Below, piece by piece: positions 1-7,844 of a stretch of 64,000 nt of DNA. The notes under the pieces are model-generated. The model made no database searches, had not been told where the DNA came from, and saw nothing but the letters and a program-made list of their open reading frames with translations. The first letter of the stretch is position 1, and each line of letters begins with the position of its first letter. A program made the translations under genes and the position numbers. Source of the stretch: Candidatus Binataceae bacterium (GTDB lineage: Bacteria; Desulfobacterota; Binatia; Binatales; Binataceae); the NCBI GenBank assembly GCA_035500095.1, contig DATJXN010000089.1:370-64369 (forward strand), given 5' to 3'.

Positions 1-872
1 TGCGTACTTGCGGCGCCACACCCGGACCCACAGGTCGAACGCGTAGTGGAGATAGACGTTCGCGAGCAGCGGCGAAACGCTACTACCCTGCGGAGTCCCT
101 TCTTCTACTCGCCTTCGCTTCCCATCCTCCAGCACGCCGGCGTTCAACCATTTCTGGATGAGCCGCACCACGCGCCGGTCCGCAATCCGGTGCTCGACGA
201 ACTTCTTAAGCCAGCCGTGGTCGATGGAATCAAAGAAGCCACGGATGTCCAGGTCGAGCACCCAGTTCACCTTCTTCGTCAGCAATCCGGCGTAGAGCGC
301 GTCCAGCGCGTTGTGCTGGCTGCGTCCGGGCCGGAACCCGTACGAAAAGCCAAGGAAGTCGGTTTCGTAGATGGCGTTGAGCACCTCGACCGTGGCGCGC
401 TGCACGACCTTGTCTTCCAGCGTCGTCACTCCAAGCGGCCGCTGCCGCCCGTCCGCCTTGGCGATGTACACCCTGCGCACCGGCTTGCCTCGGTACGCTC
501 CACGCCTGAGCCTATCAGCGAGGTCTTGGAGATTTTCCTCCAGTCGCTCGCCGTAGCTCCGCCACGTCTCGCCATCCACCCTGCGGCGGCGTCTCGCTTG
601 AGCGCCAAGTAGGCCGCCTGCAGGGTATGCAGGTCGTAGATGTGGTGCAGGAGCGCAGTGAACCGCATCCTCCTATCTCTGGCCGCCGCCAGACGTACCC
701 GCGCAAGCGCACTTTGCGCGCCTTGCCGGCGCTGGGTCCGGGGCGCGTTTTGCTTGAGCGGATTCCCCTTGGCCGGTCCGCTTCCCTCCATCTCCTCCGC
801 CGCCGGTTGCCCGGCCTTGTTCGGCGACTTCAGCGGTACTACCGGACCGTCCGACTTCCTGTGCTCGTTCAT
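1..872 (-). pseudogene. Group II intron reverse transcriptase/maturase (IEP), frameshifted; C-terminal part lies outside the window
   Basis: ORF 426..872(-) gives ...RMRFTALLHHIYDLHTLQAAYLALKRDAAAG and then turns to nonsense. One base out of frame from the G-run at 579-581, the minus strand reads VDGETWRSYGERLEENLQDLADRLRRGAYRGKPVRRVYIAKADGRQRPLGVTTLEDKVVQRATVEVLNAIYETDFLGFSYGFRPGRSQHNALDALYAGLLTKKVNWVLDLDIRGFFDSIDHGWLKKFVEHRIADRRVVRLIQKWLNAGVLEDGKRRRVEEGTPQGSSVSPLLANVYLHYAFDLWVRVWRRKYA. I translated this frame by hand and it stays open down to position 1. These are RT motifs 0-4 of bacterial intron IEPs. Confidence 0.85.
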
Positions 873-1235
873 CGTCGGCGTACGTCCTTGGACTTCCCGA
901 CGCGTCCCGCCGCCCCATCAGCAGTGGGCGGGCACAGGATCTCCCGGTTCTCGCGCGAGGTGTTTCCGTACGTGCACGGGGTCTCTGACCGCGCGGGACC
1001 CAACCGCACCTCGCGCTGGCGATGCGTTCGGTATTGCCTTCCGCTTCTCCTTACAGCGTCAGCATCCCGAAGCAAGTTTCTTTCGCGGCTGAATACCCGG
1101 CCCGCACGTACCCCTGTCAACGCTTCGACGCTTCCCTCCCGGAAAGCTCCGCATGACTCGGGGCCGTCATGGGTCCCTGGCCCTTTAACGTGTGACTCTT
1201 GCATTCACAACACCTGCCGGTTTATCCCGGCGCAC
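1..1235 (-). mobile_element. Group II intron, partial (5' ribozyme segment plus IEP ORF; 3' part lies beyond the window start). The 5' boundary is tentative and the copy may be 5'-truncated.
   Basis: The minus strand encodes a group II intron-type RT (next feature). About 360 nt of non-coding, structure-rich sequence lie upstream of the ORF start (873-1235). A candidate GUGCG 5' end is the reverse complement of 1231-1235, followed by the small hairpin CCGG-GATAAA-CCGG. The GCACGTACGG element near 975-985 resembles the DIVa region I remember from related bacterial introns. Confidence 0.65.
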
Positions 1236-1250
1236 AAGGAGATCTGCACA

Positions 1251-1811
1251 ATGGACCACGGATGGCGCTCGAGAGTGGTGCTGCGTAAGGGCGATCTCAC
1301 GGAAGCGGCGGTCGATGCGATCGTCAACGCGGCCAACAACGACCTCATCCTGGGCGGCGGCGTAGCGGGCGCGATCCGCACGAAGGGTGGCTCGTCGATC
1401 CAGGCCGAGTGCGACAAACTTGGACCGATTCCGATCGGCGAGGCGGCGATCACCGGCGCCGGCAATCTGCGCGCGCGCTATGTCATCCACGCGGCCTCGA
1501 TGAAGCTCGGCGGGCGCACGAGCGAGGCGGCGCTGCGCGCTTCGACGCGCAATTCGCTCAGACGCGCGGCCGAGCACGGAATTAAATCGATCGCGTTTCC
1601 GGCCATCGGCACCGGCATCGCCGGTTTTCCGATCGAGCGATGCGCCGTTGCGATGCTGGAGGAGATTCGCGGCCATTTGCGCGGCGCGGCGCCGCCCGCG
1701 CAATACGCGCCGGTCGAGCGCGTCGAGCCTGTCGAACGAGTCGAGATAGTTCTGTTCGACGATTTCGCGCTGGACGCGTTCAAGGACGCGCTCGCAAACA
1801 TGGCCGACTGA
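1251..1811 (+). CDS. Macro domain protein (ADP-ribose binding / O-acetyl-ADP-ribose deacetylase family)
   Basis: C-terminal 186 aa of track ORF 627..1811. ATG 1251 is preceded by AAGGAG (1236-1241). Motifs: AIVNAANNDLILGGGVAGAI, ITGAGNLRARYVIHAA, SIAFPAIGTGIAGFP. The upstream 208 aa of the track ORF are the antisense of the intron. Confidence 0.85.
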   Translation: MDHGWRSRVVLRKGDLTEAAVDAIVNAANNDLILGGGVAGAIRTKGGSSIQAECDKLGPIPIGEAAITGAGNLRARYVIHAASMKLGGRTSEAALRASTRNSLRRAAEHGIKSIAFPAIGTGIAGFPIERCAVAMLEEIRGHLRGAAPPAQYAPVERVEPVERVEIVLFDDFALDAFKDALANMAD

Positions 1812-1847
1812 GAAGGCAATCGTGGCGATTGGCCGAAGCCGTCTAGC

Positions 1848-3449
1848 CTAGTGCGCGGCGGAGGGGCCGGCGGCGCGGTGGCCTCTGCGCAAGAGCAAGA
1901 AGCCCGGTATCATCAGCGCCATGACCGTCGCAAGTATGCGATAGATGTCGTTAAAGGAGAGGATCGCGGCCTGCGCCTGGATCGCGTTGTAGATCACGCC
2001 GAAGCCCTGATGCTGTCCGGTTATCATCTGCGGCAGGTAATGGAAGGTCGGTGCGCCCGGCATGCGCGGCCCGCTCTCGCTGAGCTTCCAGGCGTCGAAG
2101 ACCGAGAGATGCTCGGTCAGGCGCGACTGGTGGATCTGCTCGTGATCGACCAGCATCGTGGTCATGTAGGCGATTCCGATCGCGGCGCCGGTGTTGCGCA
2201 TCATGTTGTAGAGGCTCGCGGCGTAGCCGATCTTCTCGCGCGCCACGACCGCGAGCGAACTCGCCGAGAGCGTGGGAAAGATCATGCCCATGCCGAGACC
2301 CATCACGATGCTCGGGATGACGACGACCCACAGGCTGACCTCGAGATCCCAGCCTGACATCGTCCAGAGCCCGATCGTCATCAGCACGAATCCGATTCCG
2401 ACCAGCGGGCGGGTGTCGAAGCCGCGGCGCGCAATCTGTCCGATCACGATCATCGATAACATTGTCGCGAGTCCTCGCGGCGCCAGCACCAATCCGGCCT
2501 TCCATGCGGTGTAGCCCATCAGCTCCTGCAGGAAGATCGGCATGAGCAGGCCGGTGCCGTAGAGCACCGAGCTCATCGCGACGATCAGCACCAGTCCGAC
2601 GCTGAAAACTTTGATCCTGAGGATCCGCAAATCGAGGATCGGGTCGGAGATGCGCAATTCGTTGATCGCGAGGACCGCCATCGCGGCCGCGCTCAGCAGG
2701 CTGGTCCAGACCACCCAGGACGAAGCGAACCAGTCGGCCCGCTGGCCGCGGTCGAGCACGATCTGCATCGCGCCGAGCCCAACCACCAGGCAGGCGATCC
2801 CCAGGTAATCGACCTTGCCGCCGCGCGCGCGATGCTGGCGCAGGAAGGGCGGATCGTGCACGAACGCCGAGACCATCAGGAAGGCGACGATTCCGATCGG
2901 CACGTTGATGTAGAAATTCCATCGCCAGTTCCAGTTGTCGGTGATCCAGCCGCCGAGCGTCGGCCCCATGATCGGCGCGACCATCAGGCCCACGCCCCAC
3001 GTCGCCATCGCGAGCTGCTGCTCGGCCGGCGGAAAGGTTTCCATCAGGATGGCCTGCGACGACGGCACCATCGCGGCGCCTGCGGCGCCCTGTATGAGGC
3101 GGAAAATTACCATCTGATCGAGCGAGGCCGCGGCGCCGCACAGTGCCGAAGCGACCACGAAGACCGAGACCGAAATCATGAAGTAGCGTTTGCGGCCGAA
3201 GCGCGACGAGATCCATCCGGTCATCGGGATCATGATGCCGTTGGCGACCAGGTAGCTGGTCAGCACCCATGCGATTTCGTCGACGCTGGCGGAGAAGCTG
3301 CCCTGCATATGCGGCAGCGAAACGTTGACGATCGAGGTGTCGAGCACCTCGAGCGTGGTGCCGAGCATCACGGCGAGCGCAACCAGCCACTTGTGGGAGG
3401 ACGCGGCCGACTCGGCGTGCGCGGCGCCGCTCTGAACTGCGGCTTCCAT
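1848..3449 (-). CDS. DHA2-family MFS efflux transporter (EmrB/QacA type)
   Basis: Motifs: LEVLDTSIVNVSLPHMQGSF, MTGWISSRFGRKRYF, GGWITDNWNWRWNFYINVPIG. Long multi-TM protein of 533 aa. Confidence 0.9.
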   Translation of the reverse strand: MEAAVQSGAAHAESAASSHKWLVALAVMLGTTLEVLDTSIVNVSLPHMQGSFSASVDEIAWVLTSYLVANGIMIPMTGWISSRFGRKRYFMISVSVFVVASALCGAAASLDQMVIFRLIQGAAGAAMVPSSQAILMETFPPAEQQLAMATWGVGLMVAPIMGPTLGGWITDNWNWRWNFYINVPIGIVAFLMVSAFVHDPPFLRQHRARGGKVDYLGIACLVVGLGAMQIVLDRGQRADWFASSWVVWTSLLSAAAMAVLAINELRISDPILDLRILRIKVFSVGLVLIVAMSSVLYGTGLLMPIFLQELMGYTAWKAGLVLAPRGLATMLSMIVIGQIARRGFDTRPLVGIGFVLMTIGLWTMSGWDLEVSLWVVVIPSIVMGLGMGMIFPTLSASSLAVVAREKIGYAASLYNMMRNTGAAIGIAYMTTMLVDHEQIHQSRLTEHLSVFDAWKLSESGPRMPGAPTFHYLPQMITGQHQGFGVIYNAIQAQAAILSFNDIYRILATVMALMIPGFLLLRRGHRAAGPSAAH

Positions 3450-3458
3450 CGGGCGGCG

Positions 3459-5102
3459 CTACTCGGCGTGCGCGGCCATTACCTGAGATTCGATCTCAGC
3501 CTGGAGCGGAGAATTGCCGCGCGCCGGCGCGGCCTGCCCGCGCCTTAGGCAGAGAAACATCGGGACCATCGCGAGCATCAGCGCCGCCAGGATCCTGTAA
3601 AGATCATCGAACGACAGAATCGAGGATTGCGCGGTCACCATTGCGTACATTCTGCCGAGGCCCTGTTTCTGGCCCGAGATCAACTGACCGAGGAAATCGA
3701 ACTGCGGACTGCCCGGCATCGACGCGCCTCGCTCGCCCAGGCGCCACGCTTCGAACACCGACAGATGTTCGACCAGCCGCGACTGATGCACCTGCTCATA
3801 GTTTACCAGCATGTTGGTGAGATACGAGATGCCCATCGCGGCCCCGGTGTTGCGCATCAGGTTGAACAGGCTCGCCGCGTCGCCCATCCTTTCGCGCTTG
3901 ATGCCCGAGAACCCCACCGCCGCGAGCACCGGAAACAAAATCCCAAGCCCGCTGCCCAGCATCACGCTGTCGAGCGCGACGACTCGCGCGCTGACGTCGA
4001 GGTTCCATTGCGCCATCCACCAAAGCCCGATCGCCGAAAACAGGAATCCCACTCCGATCATTGGGCGCGTATCGACCCGCAGCCGCGCCAACTGCCCCAC
4101 CGCGAACATCGAGAACATCGCGGCCATCGCTCGCGGCACCATCATCAAGCCCGCGCGCCACGCCGTATATCCCATCAGCTCCTGCAAAAAGACCGGCATG
4201 AGCAGGCCCGTACCCCACAGCGTCGCGCTCAGCACCACCATCAGAAAAACCGACACCGAAAAGACACGGTCCTTGAGAATCCGCAGATCGACGATCGGAT
4301 GGGCAACCTTCAGTTCGTTGATCACCAGGGTCGCAAACGCGAGCGCCGCGCCCCCCGTCGCCATCACCACCCAGTTCGAGGCAAACCAGTCTGCGCGCTG
4401 TCCGCGGTCGAGCACGATCTGCGCGAGGCCGAGGCCGACCACCAGGCAGGCGATGCCGACGTAGTCCACGCGCCCGCCGCTTTTGCGGCGCTGGCGCAGA
4501 TAGGGCGGGTCATACACGAACGCATAGACCATCGCGAGGGCGACGATTCCGATCGGTATGTTGATGAAAAAGTTCCAGCGCCAGTTCCAGTTGTCGGTAA
4601 TCCAGCCGCCGAGCGTCGGCCCCATGATCGGCGCGATCATCAGCCCCACGCCCCACGTCGCCATCGCCATCTGCTGCTCCTCGGGTGCGAAGGTCTCCAT
4701 CAGGATCGCCTGCGAGGAGGGCAGCATCGCGGCGCCCGCGGCGCCCTGCATAAGCCGGAACAGCACCATCTGTCCGAGCGAGCCTGCAGCACCGCATGCC
4801 GCCGACGCCGCCACGAAGGTCCCGACCGAGGTCATGAAATAGCGCTTGCGGCCAAAACGCGCGGAAATCCATCCGGTCATCGGAATCATGATGCCGTTGG
4901 CGGCGAGGTAACTGGTGACTACCCAGGCGATTTCGTCCACGCTGGCCGAGAAGCTGCCCTGCATGTGCGGCAGCGAGACGTTGACGATCGAGGTGTCAAG
5001 CACTTCGAGCACGGTGCCGAGCATCACCGCGAGCGCGACGAGCCACTTGTGCGTAGCGATCGGATGCTCTTCGGCAGCGGAATTCGAGATGGCGCCGGCC
5101 AC
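3459..5102 (-). CDS. DHA2-family MFS efflux transporter (EmrB/QacA type), tandem paralog
   Basis: Same motifs as 1848..3449. Roughly 70-75% identical by eye, and higher in the N-terminal half. Lies 9 nt upstream of the paralog. Confidence 0.9.
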   Translation of the reverse strand: MAGAISNSAAEEHPIATHKWLVALAVMLGTVLEVLDTSIVNVSLPHMQGSFSASVDEIAWVVTSYLAANGIMIPMTGWISARFGRKRYFMTSVGTFVAASAACGAAGSLGQMVLFRLMQGAAGAAMLPSSQAILMETFAPEEQQMAMATWGVGLMIAPIMGPTLGGWITDNWNWRWNFFINIPIGIVALAMVYAFVYDPPYLRQRRKSGGRVDYVGIACLVVGLGLAQIVLDRGQRADWFASNWVVMATGGAALAFATLVINELKVAHPIVDLRILKDRVFSVSVFLMVVLSATLWGTGLLMPVFLQELMGYTAWRAGLMMVPRAMAAMFSMFAVGQLARLRVDTRPMIGVGFLFSAIGLWWMAQWNLDVSARVVALDSVMLGSGLGILFPVLAAVGFSGIKRERMGDAASLFNLMRNTGAAMGISYLTNMLVNYEQVHQSRLVEHLSVFEAWRLGERGASMPGSPQFDFLGQLISGQKQGLGRMYAMVTAQSSILSFDDLYRILAALMLAMVPMFLCLRRGQAAPARGNSPLQAEIESQVMAAHAE

Positions 5103-5385
5103 GCAGGGATTACCCGGGCGAAAGCCGTATCCGGCGGGCTGGGCTACGCGCTGAAGAGATTACGGCGGCGCCGATGTTGTCGTCCGATTTGCCCATCGAC
5201 AGCCCAGCCCTCCGCGACTGTGCTCCCCCAAGCGCCACAACTATGCCCCAGGAGGACATCGATTGAAAAGGCGCGCCGGCTCGCCGCGCGCTTTCCACAG
5301 CCTGCTTGCGACGCGCCGCGCGGCCTGTGAAGCGATCAGGTTTGGCTATGGTGACAATCGTTCCAACGCGGCATAGCCTTTGATT

Positions 5386-7122
5386 ATGCGCTTGGCCGCC
5401 ATTGATGTCGGTTCCAACTCGGTGCACATGGTGATCGCCGACGTGCGCCGCGACGGCCATTTCGAGGTCATCGACCGGGTCAAGGAGATGGTGCGGCTCG
5501 GCCGCCGTGCGTTCACCAGCGGCAAGCTCGCGCGAGAACCGATGGAGCTGGCGGTGCGCGCACTCAAGAATTTCGCGCATCTGGCCAAGGTCCGGCGGGT
5601 CGATCGGATTCGCGCAGTCGCGACCAGCGCAGTGCGCGAGGCACACAACCGTGAAGCCTTTATCGCGCGCATCCGGCGCGAGACCGGCCTTAAAGTTGAA
5701 ATTATCTCGGGCGCCGAGGAGGCGCAGTTCATCTTCAGCGCCGCCCGTCACGCGTTCGGCCTCGAGGGTGGGCCCTACCTGCTGATCGACATCGGCGGCG
5801 GGAGCGTCGAGCTGGTGCTGGTGCGTGACGGCGAAGCGCTATGGATGGAAAGTTTGCCGCTCGGCGTCGCTCGGCTGACCGAGCGCTTTCTCACTTCCGA
5901 TCCGCCCGAACCGGCCGAAGTGCGCAAACTCGAAGAACACCTCCATCGCAAGCTCGACGCGCTGCTGCGCAAGGCGCGCCGGGCCGAGGTGGTGCAGGCG
6001 ATCGGCACGTCGGGGACCATCAATGCGCTGGTCGCGATGGCGCGGGTGGCCCGCGACGGCGAGCAGGACAGGCTGCACGGTCTGAGCATCCCGGCGACCG
6101 ACGTGACCTGGCTGCGCAACCGCCTGCTCAAGCTGTCCGCCGACGAGCGCGCGGAGCTGCCAGGCGCCGACCCCAAGCGCGCCGACCTGATACCGGCGGC
6201 AGCGGTACTGACGGACTTTGTGCTGGAACACGCGGCCGCGCCCGAACTCGTCGCATGCACCTGGGCGCTGCGCGAAGGCATCCTGCTGAGCATGGTGAAG
6301 GCGGGCGCGCGCGGACGCCGCACGATCGAGGCGCGGCGGCGCTCGGTGAGCGCGCTGGCCCGGCGCTTCGGCGCGCTCAACGGGCACGGGCCCCAGGTTG
6401 CACGCCTCGCGTTAAAGATTTTCGACGCGGCCGCGCCGCTGCTCAAGGCGGGCCCGCAGTCGCGCGAGCTGCTGGAACACGCGGCGCTGCTTCACGACAT
6501 CGGACGCGTCATCGACCACGACCGCCACAATCGGCACACCTATTACCTGGTCAAGAACGCCGAGCTTTTGGGCTTCGATCCGCTCGAGATCGAAATCATC
6601 GCGCAGGCAGCGCGCGGTCATCGCAAGCCTTCGGCCCGTCTCGACTCGCCGGAGTTCCGCTCACTCAATCCGGCAAAACGCTATTTGGTCCGTTCGATCG
6701 CGGCGATCCTGCGGTTGGCCGATGCGCTGGACCGAAGTCACTTCAGTGTGGTTAAAGATATAACCATCAGACGTTCGCCGGACCGCTTCACCATCACAGT
6801 CGATGCCGCAGATGGACGGGCAGACCTTGAGCTATGGACGTGCGAGAGAAGATCGGACCTGCTGTCGAGGCTGCTGAACCGTCAGGTAACGGTCAAACGG
6901 CGGAAGCACCGGCAAAAGGTTCGATCGCCGCGCGCCCGGCGGTCCACGGTTCGGCCCAAGCGAGCGCGGCGGGCTGTGGTTCGATCGAAGCAGGCGCGAG
7001 GACGAACGGCTCCTCCGAAGCGGGCAATGGCGCGGCGCGCACGGCCGGCAATGGTCCGATCGAAGCCGGCGCGGGGACGAACGGCTCGGCCGAGACGGGC
7101 GACGGCGCGGCGCGGACGCTAA
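5386..7122 (+). CDS. ppx: Exopolyphosphatase / guanosine pentaphosphate phosphohydrolase family (Ppx/GppA) with HD domain and a 74-aa Arg/Lys-rich C-terminal tail
   Basis: Motifs: MRLAAIDVGSNSVHMVIADV, LLIDIGGGSVELV, AIGTSGTINAL, HD region LLHDIGRVIDHDRHNRHTYYLV. ATG 5386 (alternative TTG 5380). The frame stays open to 7122. Confidence 0.9.
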   Translation: MRLAAIDVGSNSVHMVIADVRRDGHFEVIDRVKEMVRLGRRAFTSGKLAREPMELAVRALKNFAHLAKVRRVDRIRAVATSAVREAHNREAFIARIRRETGLKVEIISGAEEAQFIFSAARHAFGLEGGPYLLIDIGGGSVELVLVRDGEALWMESLPLGVARLTERFLTSDPPEPAEVRKLEEHLHRKLDALLRKARRAEVVQAIGTSGTINALVAMARVARDGEQDRLHGLSIPATDVTWLRNRLLKLSADERAELPGADPKRADLIPAAAVLTDFVLEHAAAPELVACTWALREGILLSMVKAGARGRRTIEARRRSVSALARRFGALNGHGPQVARLALKIFDAAAPLLKAGPQSRELLEHAALLHDIGRVIDHDRHNRHTYYLVKNAELLGFDPLEIEIIAQAARGHRKPSARLDSPEFRSLNPAKRYLVRSIAAILRLADALDRSHFSVVKDITIRRSPDRFTITVDAADGRADLELWTCERRSDLLSRLLNRQVTVKRRKHRQKVRSPRARRSTVRPKRARRAVVRSKQARGRTAPPKRAMARRARPAMVRSKPARGRTARPRRATARRGR

Positions 7123-7844
7123 GGGCTCATCGCCACACCCTGCTGAGCTCGCCCCATCCCTACCCGGGACGCCTCATCGCGGTCGAAGGAATCGACGGCT
7201 CGGGAAAATCGACTCAACTGAAACTTCTGGAGCGATGGCTGCGGGCGCGCGGTTACCCGGTGTACTTCACCGAGTGGAACTCTTCGCGCCTGGTGCGCAA
7301 CTCGATGCGCCGCGGCAAGCGGCGCAATCTGCTCACGCCGAGCACGTTCAGCCTGCTACACGCGGTCGACTTTGCCGACCGCTTCATCTACCAGATTCTC
7401 CCGCCGCTGCGCGCCGGGATGATCGTGCTCGCCGATCGCTACGTTTATACCGCGTTCGCGCGCGACGTCGCGCGCGGCGTGCATCCCGATTGGGTACGCA
7501 GCGTTTATCGCTTCGCGCCGCGCCCCGATCTTACGTTCTTTTTCCGCGTGCCGATCGACGTTTCGCTCGAGCGCCTGCTGGCCGGCCGCGCCAAGCTCAA
7601 GTATTACGAGGCCGGGATGGATCTCGGGCTGTCGACCGATCTCGCGGAAAGCTTCCGCCTTTTTCAGGGACGCGTGCTGGAGAACTATGACCGGCTGGCC
7701 GAGGAATTCGACCTCCGGGTCATCGACGCCAATCACGACATCGCCGGCCAACAGAAGGTCGTGCGGCGGATGACCGGGGAAATCCTGCGCGAATACGACG
7801 AGCAGCGCGCACGCGTCCATCATGGCAACTCGCATGGCCATTAG
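6834..7844 (+). CDS. Thymidylate-kinase-like P-loop kinase, paralog 1 (intact Walker A); start uncertain
   Basis: Motifs: GRLIAVEGIDGSGKSTQLKLL, LLHAVDFADRF, VLADRYVYTAFAR. The only ATG/GTG/TTG in frame before the P-loop (about 7188) are 6834 and 6840, which overlap ppx by 289 nt. Confidence 0.75.
   Translation: MDVREKIGPAVEAAEPSGNGQTAEAPAKGSIAARPAVHGSAQASAAGCGSIEAGARTNGSSEAGNGAARTAGNGPIEAGAGTNGSAETGDGAARTLRAHRHTLLSSPHPYPGRLIAVEGIDGSGKSTQLKLLERWLRARGYPVYFTEWNSSRLVRNSMRRGKRRNLLTPSTFSLLHAVDFADRFIYQILPPLRAGMIVLADRYVYTAFARDVARGVHPDWVRSVYRFAPRPDLTFFFRVPIDVSLERLLAGRAKLKYYEAGMDLGLSTDLAESFRLFQGRVLENYDRLAEEFDLRVIDANHDIAGQQKVVRRMTGEILREYDEQRARVHHGNSHGH
6918..7127. repeat. Tandem repeat, 75-nt unit, about 2.8 copies (6918-6977 partial, 6978-7052, 7053-7127)
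   Basis: GGTTCGATCGAAGCAGGCGCGAGGACGAACGGCTCC... is repeated as GGTCCGATCGAAGCCGGCGCGGGGACGAACGGCTCG.... This encodes GSIEAGARTNGSSEAGNGAARTAGN / GPIEAGAGTNGSAETGDGAARTLRA in one frame and VRSK(Q/P)ARGRTA... in the ppx frame. Confidence 0.85.

Noticed and set aside
627-1250. N-terminal 208 aa of the 394-aa track ORF 627..1811
   Set aside because: This part is the antisense of the group II intron ribozyme/IEP 5' region and is Arg/Pro-rich nonsense. The macro domain begins at ATG 1251, which has its own AAGGAG.
3627-5330. 567-aa plus-strand ORF (and similar ORFs 2832..3548 and 1851..2357) overlapping the MFS genes
   Set aside because: It is antisense to well-supported DHA2 transporter genes. 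The translation is Arg/His/Pro/Asp-rich low complexity with no family motifs, which is the typical shadow ORF of GC-rich DNA.
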